Assembly (NCBI RefSeq): GCF_004376175.1
Contig: NZ_SNUY01000001.1
Span: 64,383-96,382 of the forward strand
Direction of reading: 5' to 3'
Length of the DNA stretch: 32,000 bases
Source: Halalkalibacterium halodurans
GTDB taxonomy: Bacteria; Bacillota; Bacilli; Bacillales; Bacillaceae_D
In this document: positions 17,891 to 25,535 of the stretch, piece by piece
How positions within the stretch are numbered: position 1 is the first letter of the stretch
Layout: the number at the start of each line of letters is the position of its first letter
Notes under the pieces: generated by a model
What the model was told of the DNA's origin: nothing
What the model saw: the letters and a program-made list of their open reading frames with translations, nothing else
The model's database searches: none
Program-made: the position numbers and the translations under genes

Positions 17891-17919
17891 ACTTTATCAT
17901 AATCCTATAGAGGTGTCAA
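17891..17919 (-). promoter_or_regulatory. Sigma-A promoter of infC-rpmI-rplT
   Basis: On the minus strand: TTGACA (17919-17914), a 17-nt spacer and TAAAGT (17896-17891), preceded by TGA (extended -10). Confidence 0.65.
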
Positions 17920-18001
17920 CTGATCTTTTTATGCGGTTTGAGTCAAGTATTTATAGGCAGTTTTTTTAACACCTTAAATTTGAAAGCGGATTCAAACTCT
18001 T

Positions 18002-19442
18002 AGGATACTCTCTTGGTAAGAATTTTGCCTTTTTTAAAAGCCAGACAACTCTTTTAATGCTTTGTAAACTGGTATGTTAGCTTTTCCTTTTAGATATAGA
18101 ACATTGTCTCTAGTGGCTTCACCAATTGTGCTCGTAACTTTTTCTTTATAGTATCTTGGTGGGTTCTTTTCCACCTGTGTTTCAGTCCATTTTTCGATCC
18201 TGCCAAATAGTGTTTTTAAGGTCAATTTATCCAAGTAAGCTACCAAACCAGTGAACATGGCACTTACACCTTTATCCACCCAACTACGGCCATTTTTAAG
18301 TCTTTTGGCAAATACACTCATGGTTCCTTCTGCACTACCCATCGGACGCATTCCTGTTGTATCTATACCCTGTTCTTTAAGCCAGTTACGATAATCTCCC
18401 AAGGCTTCTGGATATTTCTCTAATTGGCGAATAAATGCTTCTAGACGTTCCTCTTGCTCATCATCCTCTAGCGTTCCGACTGCACTGTTAAGCTCTGTAA
18501 GCAATTTCTCATAATCATATGATGCAAGCGCCTTACGAATTGGACGATAACGTGGGTGATGACGGAACAAACTTCGAATCTCCCGTGCCACATGGAAACG
18601 ATCAAGCGAAAAGAATGCACGATCTTTGAAATAGTCACGACAAGTTGTAATCCAATTTGCACCATCTCCATTTATTACCAACTTATGAATGGTTGGATCA
18701 TACTCAAAGTTTTCGATGAGAAAGTCCTCAAACGCCTCCCAAAATGGCTGGTTCCCTTCATGTACGAAATGGCGTTTATTCTTCAGTCTTACTCGTTTCC
18801 CATTGACTTCCCAGCCTTGATGAACTGCGGCTATTTTCTCTTCTTTTCCCTTTTTTCGTTTACCTTGACGTTTTACAAACAAACCATCGACCTCTACAAA
18901 TAATACAGGTTGATGTACATGCTCACGCTTTTTTGGAATACTCGAAACTTGTAATAAGTGTTGACGGATTGCCTCATGACTAATAACCCGATAGCCTAAA
19001 AGGGTTTCTAACGTACTGGCTGCTTTTCGATAGGAAGGTCCCTGAACAGCTAATTCAATAGCTACCTCCTCAATCAATGGGCTAAAAGAACCTGCATCCT
19101 CAAACTCTAAATAACGATCAAGGAGAAAAACATATTCCCCTGTCTCCCGGTCACGGTAATAATTACGATTTAATTCAATCTCTCCGAAGAGACTAGTTAT
19201 ATGATATTTTCTTTTATCAATGAGTCGATAGCGTTTTTTATCTCGTTCTTCTGCAATCTGCTTGTCCATGTCCTCTAATAGTGTTTTCATGACCTTTGAG
19301 AAGGTTTCCTGTAATTGCCTCCAAACTAATTGCTCAATCTGTTTTAAATTTGGATATACTGTGTTATTCTTTTGCATGAGGGGTTACTCCTTTGTTTGTG
19401 ATTTAGTTTTGGTTGACTAAGATTCTACCAAGGAGTAACCCT
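18002..19442 (-). mobile_element. ISLre2-family insertion sequence (about 1.44 kb). Ends are approximate.
   Basis: It carries a single transposase gene. The terminal inverted repeats are imperfect: AGGATACTCTCTTGGTAAGAAT (18002-18023) against the reverse complement of ATTCTACCAAGGAGTAACCCT (19422-19442), with about 19 matching positions and 3 one-nt gaps. I could not find a clean target-site duplication. Confidence 0.65.
18034..19377 (-). CDS. ISLre2-family (UPF0236) transposase
   Basis: The 447-aa product reads ...EERDKKRYRLIDKRKYHITSLFGEIELNRNYYRDRETGEYVFLLDRYL..., the N-terminal signature I associate with ISLre2/UPF0236 transposases. AAGGAG lies 9 nt upstream of the ATG. Confidence 0.8.
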   Translation of the reverse strand: MQKNNTVYPNLKQIEQLVWRQLQETFSKVMKTLLEDMDKQIAEERDKKRYRLIDKRKYHITSLFGEIELNRNYYRDRETGEYVFLLDRYLEFEDAGSFSPLIEEVAIELAVQGPSYRKAASTLETLLGYRVISHEAIRQHLLQVSSIPKKREHVHQPVLFVEVDGLFVKRQGKRKKGKEEKIAAVHQGWEVNGKRVRLKNKRHFVHEGNQPFWEAFEDFLIENFEYDPTIHKLVINGDGANWITTCRDYFKDRAFFSLDRFHVAREIRSLFRHHPRYRPIRKALASYDYEKLLTELNSAVGTLEDDEQEERLEAFIRQLEKYPEALGDYRNWLKEQGIDTTGMRPMGSAEGTMSVFAKRLKNGRSWVDKGVSAMFTGLVAYLDKLTLKTLFGRIEKWTETQVEKNPPRYYKEKVTSTIGEATRDNVLYLKGKANIPVYKALKELSGF

Positions 19443-19489
19443 CTTTTTCATGTTATTTGCTTATTAACTACCGCGCTTTCGCTTGGTGG

Positions 19490-19537
19490 CCCCCTCATTT
19501 GTTGAGCGTTCTAACGTTCCCTCAACAAATGAGGGGG
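19490..19537. repeat. Perfect 17-bp inverted repeat with 14-nt loop, a probable thrS 3' terminator or insulator hairpin
   Basis: CCCCCTCATTTGTTGAG (19490-19506) pairs with CTCAACAAATGAGGGGG (19521-19537). The loop CGTTCTAACGTTCC contains its own CGTT/AACG pairing. A T-rich tail (TTAAATTTTG) is present only on the plus strand. Confidence 0.85.
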
Positions 19538-19621
19538 TTAAATTTTGCCCACAATAATTTTACTCATACTTTTATGCGTGACCTGTTTTATTCTATCGAA
19601 TTGCTTATCCAGTTGCAACCC

Positions 19622-21559
19622 CTATTTTTTTGCCTCACGTGCCACATGGCGAACAAATTCGTCCAAGCCCATAGAGGAAGAGTCCTTTTCTCCATATTTC
19701 CGGACATTTACCCCATTTGCTTCCACTTCCTTATCCCCGAGAACGAGCATGTAAGGGATTTTTTGCATTTGCGCTTCACGAATTTTGTAGCCGATCTTCT
19801 CATCGCGCTCATCAATTTCAACACGGATTCCTGCTTGCTGTAAAGTCTCTTGTACGTTTTTCGCGTAATCAAGATGAGCTTCAGGCGAAACAGGAATGAC
19901 CTGTACTTGAACAGGTGCAAGCCACGTCGGGAAGGCCCCTTTATATTCTTCTAACAAAAAGGCAACAAATCGTTCCATCGTCGACACGACGCCGCGGTGT
20001 ACAACGACTGGGCGATGTGGTTGTCCGTCTTCTCCAACATAAGTTAAATCAAAACGTTCAGGAAGTAAAAAGTCGAGTTGGACCGTCGACAACGTCTCAT
20101 CTTTGCCTAACGCTGTGCGCACTTGGACGTCAAGCTTTGGTCCGTAGAAGGCCGCCTCGCCTTCCGCTTCGAAATAATCTAATTCTAGCTCGTCCATCGC
20201 TTCTTTTAACATTCCTTGCGCTTTATTCCACATGTTGTCATCGTCGAAGTACTTTTCTTTATCTTCAGGGTCACGATACGATAAGCGGAATGAATAATTC
20301 TTAAGCCCGAAATCTTCGTAGACGGCTTGAATCAAGCGAACGACACGAACAAATTCATCCTTAATCTGATCCGGTCGACAAAAAATATGGGCATCATTCA
20401 ACGTCATTCCGCGCACCCGCTGCAGTCCCGAAACAGCTCCAGACATTTCATATCGGTGCATAAGCCCAAGCTCCGCAATCCGTAACGGTAACTGGCGGTA
20501 GCTGCGCATTTCTGTTTTATAGACCATCATATGATGCGGACAGTTCATCGGGCGGAGCACGAGCTCTTCGTTCTCCATTTCCATTGTCGGAAACATATCA
20601 TCCTTATAGTGATCCCAGTGCCCTGATGTTTTGTAAAGCTCAGAGCTTGCAAGAACAGGGGTATACACATGTTGATAACCTAGCTTTTCTTCCTTATCCA
20701 CAATATAGCGTTCAATAATCCGGCGAATGGTTGCGCCTTTTGGTAGCCATAGCGGCAAGCCTTGACCTACTTTTTGGGATAGCGCAAAAATGCCTAGCTC
20801 TTTTCCTAGCTTGCGATGATCCCGCTCTTTCGCTTCTTCTAGCAGGCGAAGGTGTTCGTCAAGATCCGCCTTTTTAAAGAAAGCTGTTCCGTATATACGT
20901 TGCAGCATTTTATTGCTGCTATCCCCACGCCAATAAGCGCCTGCAAGATTTAACAGCTTGAATTCTTTAAGCTTGCCTGTTGATGGCACGTGGACACCGC
21001 GGCAAAGGTCGAAAAACTCGCCTTGCTCATAAATGGTGATCGTTTCATCTTCTGGAAGATCATTAATCAGTTCAATTTTGTAAGGATCGCCAACTTCCTC
21101 ATAGCGAGCGAGCGCTTCCTCTCGGCTCACAACGACGCGTTCAATCGGTAAGTTTTCCCCGATGATTTTTTTCATTTCTTTTTCGATTTTCGGTAAATCT
21201 TCAGGTGTAAGCGATTCGTCCATATCAACATCATAATAGAATCCACCTTCTATGACAGGTCCAACCCCGAGCTTTACATTTCGGTCTTTAAATAAACGCT
21301 TAAGCGCTTGAGCCATCACATGGGCTGTACTGTGGCGCAAAACCTCTAAGGCCTCGTCACTTTCTGGAGTAACAATCGTAATCGTTCCGTCCTGTTCAAT
21401 CGGTGTATTTAAATCAAGCAAGGTGCCGTCAAGCATCCCCGCCAGCGCTTTTTTCTTCAATCCCGGACTAATCGAGCCAGCAATCTCTGCGGTCGTCGTT
21501 CCCTTAGGAAACTCCTTCACAGCTCCATCTGGAAACGTAATGTTGATCATGTCAGCCAT
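19622..21559 (-). CDS. thrS: Threonine--tRNA ligase
   Basis: The start is moved to the ATG at 21559 ([17 protein letters not shown]..., AAGGAG 9 nt upstream). The 645-aa product is collinear with B. subtilis ThrS (TGS, editing, class II core and anticodon-binding domains). Confidence 0.95.
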   Translation of the reverse strand: MADMINITFPDGAVKEFPKGTTTAEIAGSISPGLKKKALAGMLDGTLLDLNTPIEQDGTITIVTPESDEALEVLRHSTAHVMAQALKRLFKDRNVKLGVGPVIEGGFYYDVDMDESLTPEDLPKIEKEMKKIIGENLPIERVVVSREEALARYEEVGDPYKIELINDLPEDETITIYEQGEFFDLCRGVHVPSTGKLKEFKLLNLAGAYWRGDSSNKMLQRIYGTAFFKKADLDEHLRLLEEAKERDHRKLGKELGIFALSQKVGQGLPLWLPKGATIRRIIERYIVDKEEKLGYQHVYTPVLASSELYKTSGHWDHYKDDMFPTMEMENEELVLRPMNCPHHMMVYKTEMRSYRQLPLRIAELGLMHRYEMSGAVSGLQRVRGMTLNDAHIFCRPDQIKDEFVRVVRLIQAVYEDFGLKNYSFRLSYRDPEDKEKYFDDDNMWNKAQGMLKEAMDELELDYFEAEGEAAFYGPKLDVQVRTALGKDETLSTVQLDFLLPERFDLTYVGEDGQPHRPVVVHRGVVSTMERFVAFLLEEYKGAFPTWLAPVQVQVIPVSPEAHLDYAKNVQETLQQAGIRVEIDERDEKIGYKIREAQMQKIPYMLVLGDKEVEANGVNVRKYGEKDSSSMGLDEFVRHVAREAKK

Positions 21560-21884
21560 TTTTGTCAACTCCTTTTTCATTTTTTCGCGTTCAGGTATGA
21601 TGAGAAACAAAAAACACTCATCCCCAAAAAAGGGACGAGTGTTACTCGTGGTTCCACCCTTGTTCCTACAAAACGAAAAGCATTCCCGTTTTGCAGCTCA
21701 AGATTGTTCATAACGACATTTATGCCGGCAGCAGATACTTAGACCATCGTTCCCTGCTGCAGTTCAGAGGTGGTAAGTTACCATTTCGAGTTAGGGAGTT
21801 GCACCAACCCTCCCCTCTCTAAAAACCGTCCATGGAACCCATGTCCTCATCATAACCATTTAACGAATGCTATCTTGTTGATAT
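21560..21884 (-). promoter_or_regulatory. T-box riboswitch leader, threonine (ACC) specifier
   Basis: All elements are on the minus strand. The T-box sequence AAGGGTGGAACCACG lies at 21662-21647. The terminator ACACTCGTCCC/GGGGATGAGTGT (21642-21614) is followed by TTTTTTG. The stem I region has AGAGAG and GGTGCAA elements. ACC ACC at 21774-21769 sits in the specifier-loop context, and the first ACC is followed by A. Confidence 0.85.
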
Positions 21885-21889
21885 GTAGT

Positions 21890-21918
21890 ATTATAGGGAG
21901 GGATGATGAGAAAATCAA
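21890..21918 (-). promoter_or_regulatory. Sigma-A promoter of thrS
   Basis: On the minus strand: TTGATT (21918-21913), a 17-nt spacer and TATAAT (21895-21890). Confidence 0.7.
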
Positions 21919-21978
21919 GGGCTGTTCAAACATTTTATTTGAAATGATCCACAGACAGCTAGATACTACCGGTAACAG

Positions 21979-22845
21979 CTACTCCTCTCGATGTTGATGA
22001 GGGGAGTCCTTTAGTGGAAACACCTTTAGGCGTTCTTGAAAGATTGCCTGCAGCGTTAAAATCACGCCGTGCTCTTCATCGTTTGTGAACACCTTTACCG
22101 TTTCAGGAAGCATGCTCACGAGCGGACTTATGACCATCTCCTCCACGCTTAAACCATGTTCAAATACTAGCTCTTCCTTGAGGTCATACACGATTTCGTC
22201 CGTGGAAATTAAGCGAAAGTGCTCATCGTAAAAATGAAACCGCTCGTCGTAAACAGCGTAGATGACGCCACGTTTTGGTATACGGGAGTGAATGAATTGG
22301 CGAAGGGTCTCGACCATGCTTTGGTATTCTTGCTCCATCATATATTCGTCAATCGCCAGCTCGACACAATCAATGAGCAATTCCCCATACTCACGTAACC
22401 TGAACGTTAAAAACGGATCATAGTAAAACGTCATATTCTCTTCTATATGCTTGGAGAAAGCTTGATAAATATACTCACGGCGATTCGTAAACATGGACAA
22501 GGATGGCATGTCTTCCAAATCTCCTTCTAGTATCGAGCGGGCAATCGCCACAATTTGTTCCTTCTCTTCTTCATCTGTGAAATAAAACATGTTCTCGATA
22601 ATGTCGAGAAGCCATTCTTCTTCCTTTGTGCTAATGACATAATCGGTAAAGATGGACGCTAGTAACGGTTGAAAAGAATCATAAAAGTTCACATACTGGT
22701 TTTCATAATTCACATAGAGCGTCTCATCCCCGCCCGCTTCTATTCCTCCTTTCAACCCGAGTTCCGCGTACTTTGTTAAGTAGCCTTGCAACTGCTGAAA
22801 CAGTTGATGACAATCATGTGCTTTTTCAAAATGAATCGAAATCAA
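21979..22845 (-). CDS. ytxC: Sporulation protein YtxC
   Basis: The start is TTG, with AAGGAGGAG 5 nt upstream. The 288-aa product sits immediately upstream of thrS, as in B. subtilis, and resembles the YtxC family in length and composition. Confidence 0.8.
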   Translation of the reverse strand: MISIHFEKAHDCHQLFQQLQGYLTKYAELGLKGGIEAGGDETLYVNYENQYVNFYDSFQPLLASIFTDYVISTKEEEWLLDIIENMFYFTDEEEKEQIVAIARSILEGDLEDMPSLSMFTNRREYIYQAFSKHIEENMTFYYDPFLTFRLREYGELLIDCVELAIDEYMMEQEYQSMVETLRQFIHSRIPKRGVIYAVYDERFHFYDEHFRLISTDEIVYDLKEELVFEHGLSVEEMVISPLVSMLPETVKVFTNDEEHGVILTLQAIFQERLKVFPLKDSPHQHREE

Positions 22846-23181
22846 CGTGACTCCTCCTTATTCCCCTCTGATCCTACCGGTCGCCTCCTTTCATCTTCGT
22901 AAGATCCTCCGCTTTCAGAGGGTCAACCGGTCCTTCTTTGGTTAACGTATGCTCAACTCTTTGCTTGTAGACAGACTCTACTCCCATCCTATGACAGGGG
23001 ACTTAAAACATGATGATTGTTTTTCGTCTTTTCTTGCCGTTCTTTAGCGAACGAAGCAGCCTTGCCACATCAGATCGTTTCTCCTATCCACTGAAGCCTT
23101 AGAAAAACATAGCATCCCGCCCGTAGTTTTAATGATAGAAGGATCGTTTTCTGAACTATTTTTGAAGGCAACATCCTTAAA

Positions 23182-23224
23182 GTGGAAAAAGCTCGGTTCT
23201 GGCCTAAAACGCCAGTTACCGAGC
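23182..23224 (-). terminator. Two-tier intrinsic terminator about 200 nt downstream of the radical SAM gene
   Basis: The minus-strand sequence reads GCTCGG-UAA-CUGGC-GUUUUAG-GCCAG-AA-CCGAGC, followed by UUUUUCC. Confidence 0.65.
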
Positions 23225-23392
23225 ATAAGCAGATCCTTTTCATTTCAGGATAAGGAAAAATTAGCTTTTCGCCATATCCTATTGCGAAATCCAGATACTT
23301 TAATCCATCTTACGTTAGGAAAACTCTGCGATTGCCGAGCCGAAGCTGCCCCTTTCACTTAAGTCCCGCATGCTAATGCATAAGGGGCTGTA

Positions 23393-23417
23393 CCTCCACC
23401 TGCTATGCAGGTGGAGG
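23393..23417. terminator. GC-rich 11-bp hairpin immediately after the radical SAM gene stop
   Basis: CCTCCACCTGC-TAT-GCAGGTGGAGG. A T-rich tail (TTTATCAGTTAATTTTG) follows only on the plus strand. On the minus strand the hairpin is followed by UACAGCCCC. Confidence 0.55.
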
Positions 23418-23425
23418 TTTATCAG

Positions 23426-24541
23426 TTAATTTTGCATGACGAAATCTTTTTCTGCCGCTTCCTTGTCTTCAAACGTACGGATGATTTCATAGCTTGTTGT
23501 CCGTTGAGCAGGAATTTTTCCCGCTTCGCGGATCAATTGCAAAATTTTGTTCGTATTGACTTTATGGGTCGTCCCAGCAGCTGATACGACATTTTCTTCA
23601 ATCATCGTACTGCCAAAATCGTTACAACCATACTGAAGCGATAGTTTTCCAACCTCTGGCCCCATCGTTACCCATGACGATTGGAAATTCGGAATGTTAT
23701 CGAGAAACAGCCGAGATATGGCCACGTTTTTTAAGTAATCACGCGGGGTAAGCTTTTTCGTTTTGTACATTCCCGTATTTTCAGGCTGGAATAACCATGA
23801 AATAAAGGCAGTAAAGCACTCGGTTTCATCTTGGGCATCCCGAACACGCTGTAAGTGAAGCGCTCGTTCTTCAAAGGATTCGCCAAAACCGATAACCATC
23901 GTTGCGGTTCCGTGCATGCCGACTTTTTTCGTCGCTTTCATTGCATTGATCCATTGTTCCCATGTTATTTTAAGACGGCTGACACGGAGGCGCGTTTCTT
24001 CGGTTAAAATTTCAGCCCCGCCTCCTGGCATACTATCGAGCCCGGCCTCATGTAGCTCTCGCAGGACTTCCTCGACGGACATGCTCGATACTTCTGCAAT
24101 TTTCCACACCTCTGCAGGAGAGAAAGAATGCATCCAAATGTTCGGGAATCGCTCTTTAATGTTTCTAAGTAAATCGGTGTAATAATCGATTGTTAAATCA
24201 GGATTCGTTCCACCTTGCATGAGAATTTCTGTCCCGCCCACATCGATGGTTTCTTGGATTTTTTTAAAAATGACTTCATCGTCAAGGACATAGCCTTCCT
24301 TATGACCAGGTGCGCGGTAGAACGCACAAAAGCGACAGTACGTATCGCAAAAGTTTGTATAGTTCACGTTCCGTCCGATAACGAACGTTGTTATTGGCTC
24401 GGGGTGCCATTTTAACATGATTTGATTGGCGGCTGCGCCCATTTTTTCTACTTCATCGCTTTCATATAGCTTCACTGCATCTTCCATTGAAAGACGTTCT
24501 CCGTTCACAGCACGCTCCAAGATTCCGTCAATACTCATCAA
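23426..24541 (-). CDS. mqnC: Radical SAM enzyme of the MqnC/MqnE (CofH-like) family, a putative cyclic dehypoxanthinyl futalosine synthase
   Basis: The CxxxCxxC motif sits in NYTNFCDTYCRFCAFYR. The 371-aa length and motifs such as GGTEILMQGG and GSTMIEENVVSAAG are typical of this family. I cannot separate MqnC from MqnE by eye. Confidence 0.7.
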   Translation of the reverse strand: MMSIDGILERAVNGERLSMEDAVKLYESDEVEKMGAAANQIMLKWHPEPITTFVIGRNVNYTNFCDTYCRFCAFYRAPGHKEGYVLDDEVIFKKIQETIDVGGTEILMQGGTNPDLTIDYYTDLLRNIKERFPNIWMHSFSPAEVWKIAEVSSMSVEEVLRELHEAGLDSMPGGGAEILTEETRLRVSRLKITWEQWINAMKATKKVGMHGTATMVIGFGESFEERALHLQRVRDAQDETECFTAFISWLFQPENTGMYKTKKLTPRDYLKNVAISRLFLDNIPNFQSSWVTMGPEVGKLSLQYGCNDFGSTMIEENVVSAAGTTHKVNTNKILQLIREAGKIPAQRTTSYEIIRTFEDKEAAEKDFVMQN

Positions 24542-24599
24542 AAAACCCCCAGATTTTGAAAGTCTACTAGCTTCATACTATCATAGTTTGCCTGGAGAA

Positions 24600-25535
24600 T
24601 CACGACTGATGTTCCCTGCGATTTTGTCCTTGAACCATGACAGAAACTGTGTAGTGACGAATGCGCTCCATGACACGCTTTGCCTTTAATAACTCCGTAC
24701 CACTTTTATCATTGTAAGCTAAATGCTCCTCCAACTCATCATAGTCATAGTTTGACGTGAATAGTGTAGGAAGCTTCTCCATGATCCGATATTGTAAAAT
24801 GACACCGAGTACATCGTCACGAACCCAGCTTGTCATCGTTTCTGCTCCAATGTCATCAAAAATGAGCACTTGTGCATTTTTGACAAAATCGAGCTTTTGC
24901 TGGAAGGTTCCGTCTCCAATCGATTGTTTTAGCTCTCGAAAAAAATCAGGAACGTAGACGATGGTTGAGTCGATCCCACGGTCTTTTAGCTCGTTGGCGA
25001 TCGCCCCCATCAAGAACGTTTTCCCGACCCCAAACTTCCCATAAAGATAAAGCCCCATCCCATCTTCACCTGGCTTCGCTGAGAGTGCAAATTCGAGCGC
25101 GCGATGACTCGCAATCGAACGTCCTGGTTCGCTTTCTACGTCGTCAAACTTCGCTTCGAGAATTTCTTTCGGAATGTAGAGTGACCGGATAAGAGAACGT
25201 TTTTTCTTTTCTCGCTCCTCCTCCTCTTTTAACGGACAAGGGGAATAGCTTAATTCAAGGCTATCACGCTCAACGTAGAGGGTCGGTTGGTAACCCTTCA
25301 TCAAATTTGGACACTTTTGAAGCCCAGGACAATGTGCGCAGTGGCTTTGCTCTTTTTGGTATTCATACAGCTTAGACAAACCTTGCTCAAGTGTTATAGG
25401 GGATAAGGAAGGGTGTTCCTCCAGAAACAACTGAACATGTGGGCTGCGAAAAACCGCCTCTTTTAGTTGCGTAAACTGCTTTTCAAATGAACGGTTGCCC
25501 GTCATGTGTTTCAGCGATGATTGAATGGATTCCAT
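24600..25535 (-). CDS. dnaI: Primosomal helicase loader DnaI
   Basis: It has an N-terminal zinc-binding region (CAHCPGLQKCPN) and an AAA+ Walker A (GKFGVGKT). The order dnaB-dnaI matches B. subtilis. Confidence 0.92.
   Translation of the reverse strand: MESIQSSLKHMTGNRSFEKQFTQLKEAVFRSPHVQLFLEEHPSLSPITLEQGLSKLYEYQKEQSHCAHCPGLQKCPNLMKGYQPTLYVERDSLELSYSPCPLKEEEEREKKKRSLIRSLYIPKEILEAKFDDVESEPGRSIASHRALEFALSAKPGEDGMGLYLYGKFGVGKTFLMGAIANELKDRGIDSTIVYVPDFFRELKQSIGDGTFQQKLDFVKNAQVLIFDDIGAETMTSWVRDDVLGVILQYRIMEKLPTLFTSNYDYDELEEHLAYNDKSGTELLKAKRVMERIRHYTVSVMVQGQNRREHQS

Noticed and set aside
18021-19549. 9-bp direct repeat AATTTTGCC (18021-18029 and 19541-19549), considered as a possible ISLre2 target-site duplication
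   Set aside because: Using these as target duplications would place the IS ends at 18030 and 19540. No inverted repeats exist there, and the transposase stop would be 4 nt from the end. The left copy overlaps the better-supported terminal repeat, so the match is probably chance.
23044-23226. 60-aa minus-strand ORF (MLGNWRFRPEPSFFHFKD...) with a weak AAAGGA upstream, and the 76-aa plus-strand ORF at 23132-23362
   Set aside because: The start codon of the first is buried in the terminator hairpin. Both have odd Trp/Phe/Arg-rich compositions and no recognisable family, so they are probably chance ORFs in non-coding DNA.
22846-23425. Attempt to assign the long spacer to a known RNA: RNase P, tmRNA, SRP RNA, 6S, OLE, SAM/TPP/FMN/cobalamin/c-di-AMP/ZTP riboswitches or T-box
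   Set aside because: None of the conserved core motifs I remember is present (for example GAGGAAAGUCC for RNase P, or the T-box GGGUGGNACCNCG). It is kept only as an unassigned structured region.
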